Assembly (NCBI RefSeq): GCF_006345805.1
Contig: NW_021826794.1
Location: 1 to 11,805 of the forward strand
DNA length: 11,805 bases
DNA from: Octopus sinensis
Lineage: Eukaryota
Direction: 5' to 3'
A model generated the notes under the pieces. It did no database searches and was not told where the DNA came from. It was given only the letters and a program-made list of their open reading frames with translations. Shown here piece by piece: positions 8,076 through 11,805 of the stretch. Each line of letters opens with the position of its first letter. Positions within the stretch are counted from its first letter, which is position 1. The position numbers and the translations under genes are program-made.

Positions 8076-8185
8076 CACACACACACACACTCTCTCTCTC
8101 TCCTCTCTCTCTCTCTCTCACGTATATGCACACATACACACACACATGCACACTCAAACAGATATTCACATATAAACATACACAC
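8032..8185. repeat. (CA)n then (CT)n microsatellite with a degenerate CA tail
   Basis: Direct reading. Confidence 0.97.
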
Positions 8186-8194
8186 AAACAAAAG

Positions 8195-8287
8195 AACATG
8201 ATGGTCTGGTTATGGCAGAAATGGTTTTGATTGGAGGCGATCTCGACCAGGTTTGGCCTGGGGCTAACCAGCGGCAACAACAACAAT
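8195..8287 (+). mobile_element. 3' terminus of a retroposed repeat with a (CAA)n tail
   Basis: GATCTCGACCAGGTTTGGCCTGGGGCTAACC followed by CAACAACAACAA. Confidence 0.4.
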
Positions 8288-8903
8288 ATAGATGAGAAGT
8301 CGCTTCCCTTTCATTTAGCTAGAATTTATGATAACCGAAACGAATTTGATCGAAAAGCTAACTGCCGCATCATGTGAATGTAGTTGTTAACTCATTTCTG
8401 GTGTTGGTTATCTTACAGAGTTTCAAGAAACCAGATATATCAGTAAGCGAAACGAGATATTGTTAAATACATTAGCTGTGTTTCCTTTACAAAAGAAGTC
8501 AAGCGTCTAAACCACCAGGTCACGCTATCAACCCGAAACACTGCCATAATTCGATTTAGACACCTAAACAGTTTGTGAGATTGACTTAATGGAATGTTGT
8601 GTGTGACAGTATTTCAATTTAAGCTTTTCTAAGCATTAGACTAACTGTTGAATAAAAGGTTTTCTCAGCTTGTCAAGATTTCCTAGAAACAGCGGTCACT
8701 TTATGAAGGTTTAATGGATAGCAAATACTTTATGCTTATGAGTTTCAGATAAATATTTCTTTGCGTTTGATATTCGATGAAGAAGGAAAACTACGGCAAT
8801 TGAGAAAGAAAGATAAAAGGGTCAACCGGTATCTAACAAAATCACCAATTAGGAAGGCGTAGTTTCAAAGCTAAGTATCACAGTTGGTACCAAAGTTAGC
8901 GTC

Positions 8904-8904
<1 letters not shown>

Positions 8905-8948
<44 letters not shown>

Positions 8949-9224
8949 TAAATGCATGCATAGATACACACACACGTACACACACAAGTGCATGTATATA
9001 TATATCATTATTCACAATATACATATATCCATGGATATACATACACACACACACCACACATATTATATTATATATAGTATGCATGTATATATCTATGTAT
9101 ATAAGTATGTATTTACATGTAAATATGTGTATATTCATGTATATATGTATGTATATATACCTGTATCTACCTTTCCTTACCCTTTCTTTCTCTCTTTTAC
9201 ACCACACTACACATACACACATAC

Positions 9225-9295
<71 letters not shown>

Positions 9296-9390
9296 TATAT
9301 AATATATTGTATATATGTATGCATGTATGTATGTATATATGTATACATTACATATACATATATATTTATTTAACTCGCATCTCGTACATA
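8905..9390. repeat. Long compound (TA)n/(CA)n/(TACA)n microsatellite field
   Basis: Perfect TA runs at 8905-8944 and 9237-9291, with degenerate RY repeats between and after. Confidence 0.97.
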
Positions 9391-9484
9391 TAGAATTTAA
9401 ACGAGTAGAAATTTGATTAAGTACCTAAAACTCCTAAGATCATAGTGGAGACTAATGTGGTGTTACGAACGCAGCTCCACCGAA

Positions 9485-9625
9485 CGATTAAGAAGTTAGC
9501 TTCGCAAATTAGAGTGCCACAGGTTCGATCTCACTCTTAAGAAAATGTCATTTACCTTTGCTTCAAGTTCAATCAAGCCTCGAAAGTAAAACTGAGACAC
9601 CGGAAACAACGAAAGGCGACGTTTC
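9485..9625 (+). mobile_element. Strongly decayed 5' half of SINE family B
   Basis: B box GGTTCGATCTC (9522-9532), then AAATGTC...AAGCCT...CGGAAAC, collinear with 5545-5635 and 10884-10990. Confidence 0.55.
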
Positions 9626-9659
9626 GATTGTATCTGTGATAGAAACGTATAACCTTGTT

Positions 9660-9924
9660 TCACTATGAATTGGGGTAGGGTGAGGGTCATATGACCCATG
9701 CGGGTCCATAGAAGATTTTATTGTTAAAATTTACCTGTAATAAATTTGTACTTCTACAATTCATAAAATATTTAATCATAAATATTCCCAATAATACCCA
9801 ATTGTTTTTAACTTAAAGTATAATATGATTTTTAAAAACATCGAATGGCCTATGAGAGTCCCTCCGAGTAAAACAGGAATCAAAAGGGTCCATAGGTATA
9901 AAAAAAAATGGCTCAGAAACACTG
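9660..9924. mobile_element. Probable hAT-superfamily MITE
   Basis: The right end TGGCTCAGAAACACTG (reverse complement CAGTGTTTCTGAGCCA) resembles hAT TIRs of the CAGTGGTTCTCAACC type. Subterminal motifs are the palindrome GGGTCATATGACCC (9684-9697) and the direct repeat GGGTCCATAG (9702-9711, 9886-9895). No clear left TIR or TSD. Confidence 0.5.
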
Positions 9925-9935
9925 CATTATATCAT

Positions 9936-10127
9936 ATTACATTATTTATATTTACATTCGACGGATACTTGTCCTCATCTTGTTTGTCGTTAACACAACA
10001 TTTCAGCTGATATACCCACCAGCCTTCTTCAGGTGTCTTGGGGAAATTTCGAACCTGGGTTCCCATTCCTAAGGTATTTTTCGGTGTTATTATTATTATT
10101 GTTGTTGTTGTTGTTGTTGTTGTTCAG
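9936..10127 (-). mobile_element. Left arm of the fold-back element: (CAA/TAA)n spacer plus PLE-type tail
   Basis: The reverse complement aligns with 10178-10450. Over the ~140-bp unique part I count about 9 substitutions and 2 small indels. Confidence 0.93.
9992..10037 (-). ncRNA. Minimal type I hammerhead ribozyme, core intact
   Basis: GACAC-CUGAAGA-A-GGCUG(GUGGGUAUAU)CAGCU-GAA-AUGU-U/GUGUU. CUGANGA and GAAA are intact, stem I is GACAC:GUGUU, stem II is GGCUG:CAGCU and the triplet is GUU. Predicted cut is between 9997 and 9996. Stem III is AUGU rather than the palindrome ACGU. Confidence 0.75.
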
Positions 10128-10185
10128 TAGCGCGGGCTACTAACCCCAAGATTCCGAGTTCGATTCCAAGCAGTAACCTGAACAC

Positions 10186-10300
10186 TAATAATAATAATAA
10201 TAATAATTAATTCTTTTTATATTTTTTTAATAATTAATTCTTTTTATTTTTATTTTTTTAATAATAATAATAATAATAATAATAACAATAATAATAATAA
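10186..10300. repeat. (AAT)n tract interrupted by a tandemly duplicated T-rich 27-31-bp unit
   Basis: AATAATTAATTCTTTTTATATTTTTTT (10202-10228) and AATAATTAATTCTTTTTATTTTTATTTTTTT (10229-10259). Confidence 0.92.
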
Positions 10301-10350
10301 CATCGAAAAATACCTTAGGAATGAGAACCCAGGTTCGAAATTTCACCCAA

Positions 10351-10396
10351 GACACCTAAAGAAGGCTGGAGGTTATGTCAGCTGAAACGTTGTGTT
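10351..10396 (+). ncRNA. Minimal type I hammerhead ribozyme with a G5A core substitution
   Basis: GACAC-CUAAAGA-A-GGCUG(GAGGUUAUGU)CAGCU-GAA-ACGU-U/GUGUU. All three helices are present and stem III is the palindrome ACGU, but position 5 (10358) is A instead of G. Confidence 0.7.
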
Positions 10397-10828
10397 AACA
10401 AACAAGATGAGGACAAATATCCGTTGAATGTAAATAATGTAAATAATGTACAGAATTCCTCATCTCTTAAATAAAGAACTGTTATATCATATTAGTTCTA
10501 CAAAGGGATTATACTCTTGGTTCATTTGTTGGTTCTGTAGAATCCTCACGCTAATTCAATAATCATTTATTAAATTCAGCTGATCGAATAAATGATTCCT
10601 CATCATCGAAACCGACGGAAACCCATTTATGGTTTAGTTTTACAATATTATACTGTTATGGTTGTAGTTGTTATAGGTAACCCCGAGAAAGGACTCAAAT
10701 TCAGACCAGTAAGTTACTGTTACTGTCATGACTCGGTTAGATAAGACCAGTTTATTTATATACAGCTGGACACTGGTCAATAGGCTGTAAATAAGAATAG
10801 TGTTGTTTTATTTCATTAAAAAAATGTT

Positions 10829-10990
10829 GAGGTGCAGACATGGCTGTGTGGTGAAGGGGCTCACTTCGCAATCTTTTGGTTTCGAGTTCAATCCATCTCA
10901 GGGACACTTTGTGCTAGTATGTTCTAGTATAAACCCGGACCGATCAATATTTGGGAGTGAAGCTGGTAGACGGAAACAATGATAAGCCGG

Positions 10991-11062
<72 letters not shown>

Positions 11063-11278
11063 CATACATGCTTACATGCCTTTGTGTTCGTCCACACACC
11101 ACTTGAAAACCGGTTTCCGTTTGTGTAAGTTCCGTATCTAGCAGTTCGACAAAAGAGTCCGTTAAAGTATGTTCCAGTCTTACAGATAAATATGTACTGA
11201 GGACGATTTTTCGATTAAGAACTTTTCAAGCAGTGCTCCAGGATGGCTACACTTCAATGAGTACAACAAGTAACAAAA
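10829..11278 (+). mobile_element. Full-length tRNA-derived SINE family B with internal (TATC)18
   Basis: A box TGGCTGTGTGG (10841-10851) and B box GTTCAATCC (10886-10894). The 5' half matches 5493-5635 and the 3' half matches the reverse complement of 1172-1400. Confidence 0.88.
10991..11062. repeat. Perfect (TATC)18 tetranucleotide microsatellite
   Basis: 72 bp of uninterrupted TATC. Confidence 0.98.
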
Positions 11279-11664
11279 TAATTGAATATTCATTAAAGGT
11301 ATCTATAATTAATTTAAACTGGAAACGGTAATCTATTTTTTCCAAAAAAAAAAAAAGAAAAAAATTGTAAAAGAAGGAAAATCTATGAAAATTGAAACTA
11401 TTTCAATATTCTGCAAGATATTAGGTTTTAATTAATATGTAGAATCAAAATGAAGTTGTTATGGAGGTAAGCATATTGACTATAGATTGCTGAGAATTAA
11501 AGACAATGTTATAGCAATTCTGCTTGTCACTCCGTTACTTAGCCCGTCTGTAAACACTTTCACGTGATTAGCTGAAGGGAAGGGCGAAGAGTGAAAGAAA
11601 AAGGAGGGAGAAAAAGAGGGTAAAGTGAAAAGTGAGAGAGAAAATGTATAGAGAATATATAAAG

Positions 11665-11805
11665 TGTATATATCACCGTGATCACAATGTGCTTCGCATT
11701 GTTTTAGCCTTCAAATGATGCCAGCCCACTGGCTAAGCGAGCACGCCAACAGAAGAAAAAGTGAGAGAAAGTTGTGCGAAAGAGTGCAGCAGGGATCACC
11801 ACCAC
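11665..11805 (-). mobile_element. 3' part of another SINE, running off the window end
   Basis: TCACAATGTGCTTCGCATTGTTTTAGCCTTCAAATGATGCC...GAGAAAGTTGTGCGAAAGAGT matches an octopus SINE body I recall. No second copy or head lies in the window to confirm it. Confidence 0.5.

Larger units (their letters stand above)
10128..10450 (+). mobile_element. 5'-truncated tRNA-headed element with a hammerhead-bearing PLE-type tail (right arm)
   Basis: AGCGCGGG-CTACTAA-CCCC (anticodon-arm-like), B box GTTCGATTC (10158-10166), (AAT)n spacer, hammerhead at 10351-10396 and a TGTAAATAA tandem end. No A box is present upstream. Confidence 0.85.

Noticed and set aside
8722-8862. Short open frame (…LIFDEEGKLRQLRKKDKRVNRYL…) after TTTCAG
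   Set aside because: Under 50 codons, weak polypyrimidine tract, no donor and no recognisable homology.
7978-9393. ORFs rich in HT, CV, YI repeats
   Set aside because: Dinucleotide repeat artefacts.
9618-9650. Minus-strand CGAAACGTC hammerhead half
   Set aside because: No CUGANGA upstream on that strand, and it falls at the end of a decayed SINE.
10812-11297. TTCATTAAA (10812-10820 and 11289-11297) as the SINE target-site duplication
   Set aside because: It is offset by about 8-10 bp from both element ends and AT-only apart from one C, so a chance match is likely.

Overview
Non-coding, strongly AT-rich eukaryotic DNA, dense in repeats. I find no supportable protein-coding gene, rRNA, true tRNA or CRISPR array. 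The ORF-track entries come from microsatellites, SINEs or chance. Most of the window is a mosaic of tRNA-derived SINEs from several families, long simple repeats, a probable hAT-type MITE and two decayed LINE fragments missed by the ORF track (a CR1/L2-type ORF2 C-terminus at 3663-4052 and a possible RTE-type endonuclease N-terminus at about 1405-1568). The SINE families match ones I recall from octopus genomes, so I infer a cephalopod (Octopus) intron or intergenic region; I have not verified this by search. The most interesting object is a roughly 500-bp fold-back element at 9936-10450. It has a partial tRNA-like Pol III head in the centre and two inverted arms, and each arm carries a minimal type I hammerhead ribozyme of the kind found in Penelope-like retroelements (PLEs). 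The left (minus-strand) copy has an intact catalytic core. The right copy has the classic inactivating G5A change, which would sit opposite a C in the fold-back duplex. A second, unrelated hammerhead-like PLE tail lies at 1783-1820 (minus strand). All alignments and coordinates were worked out by eye.
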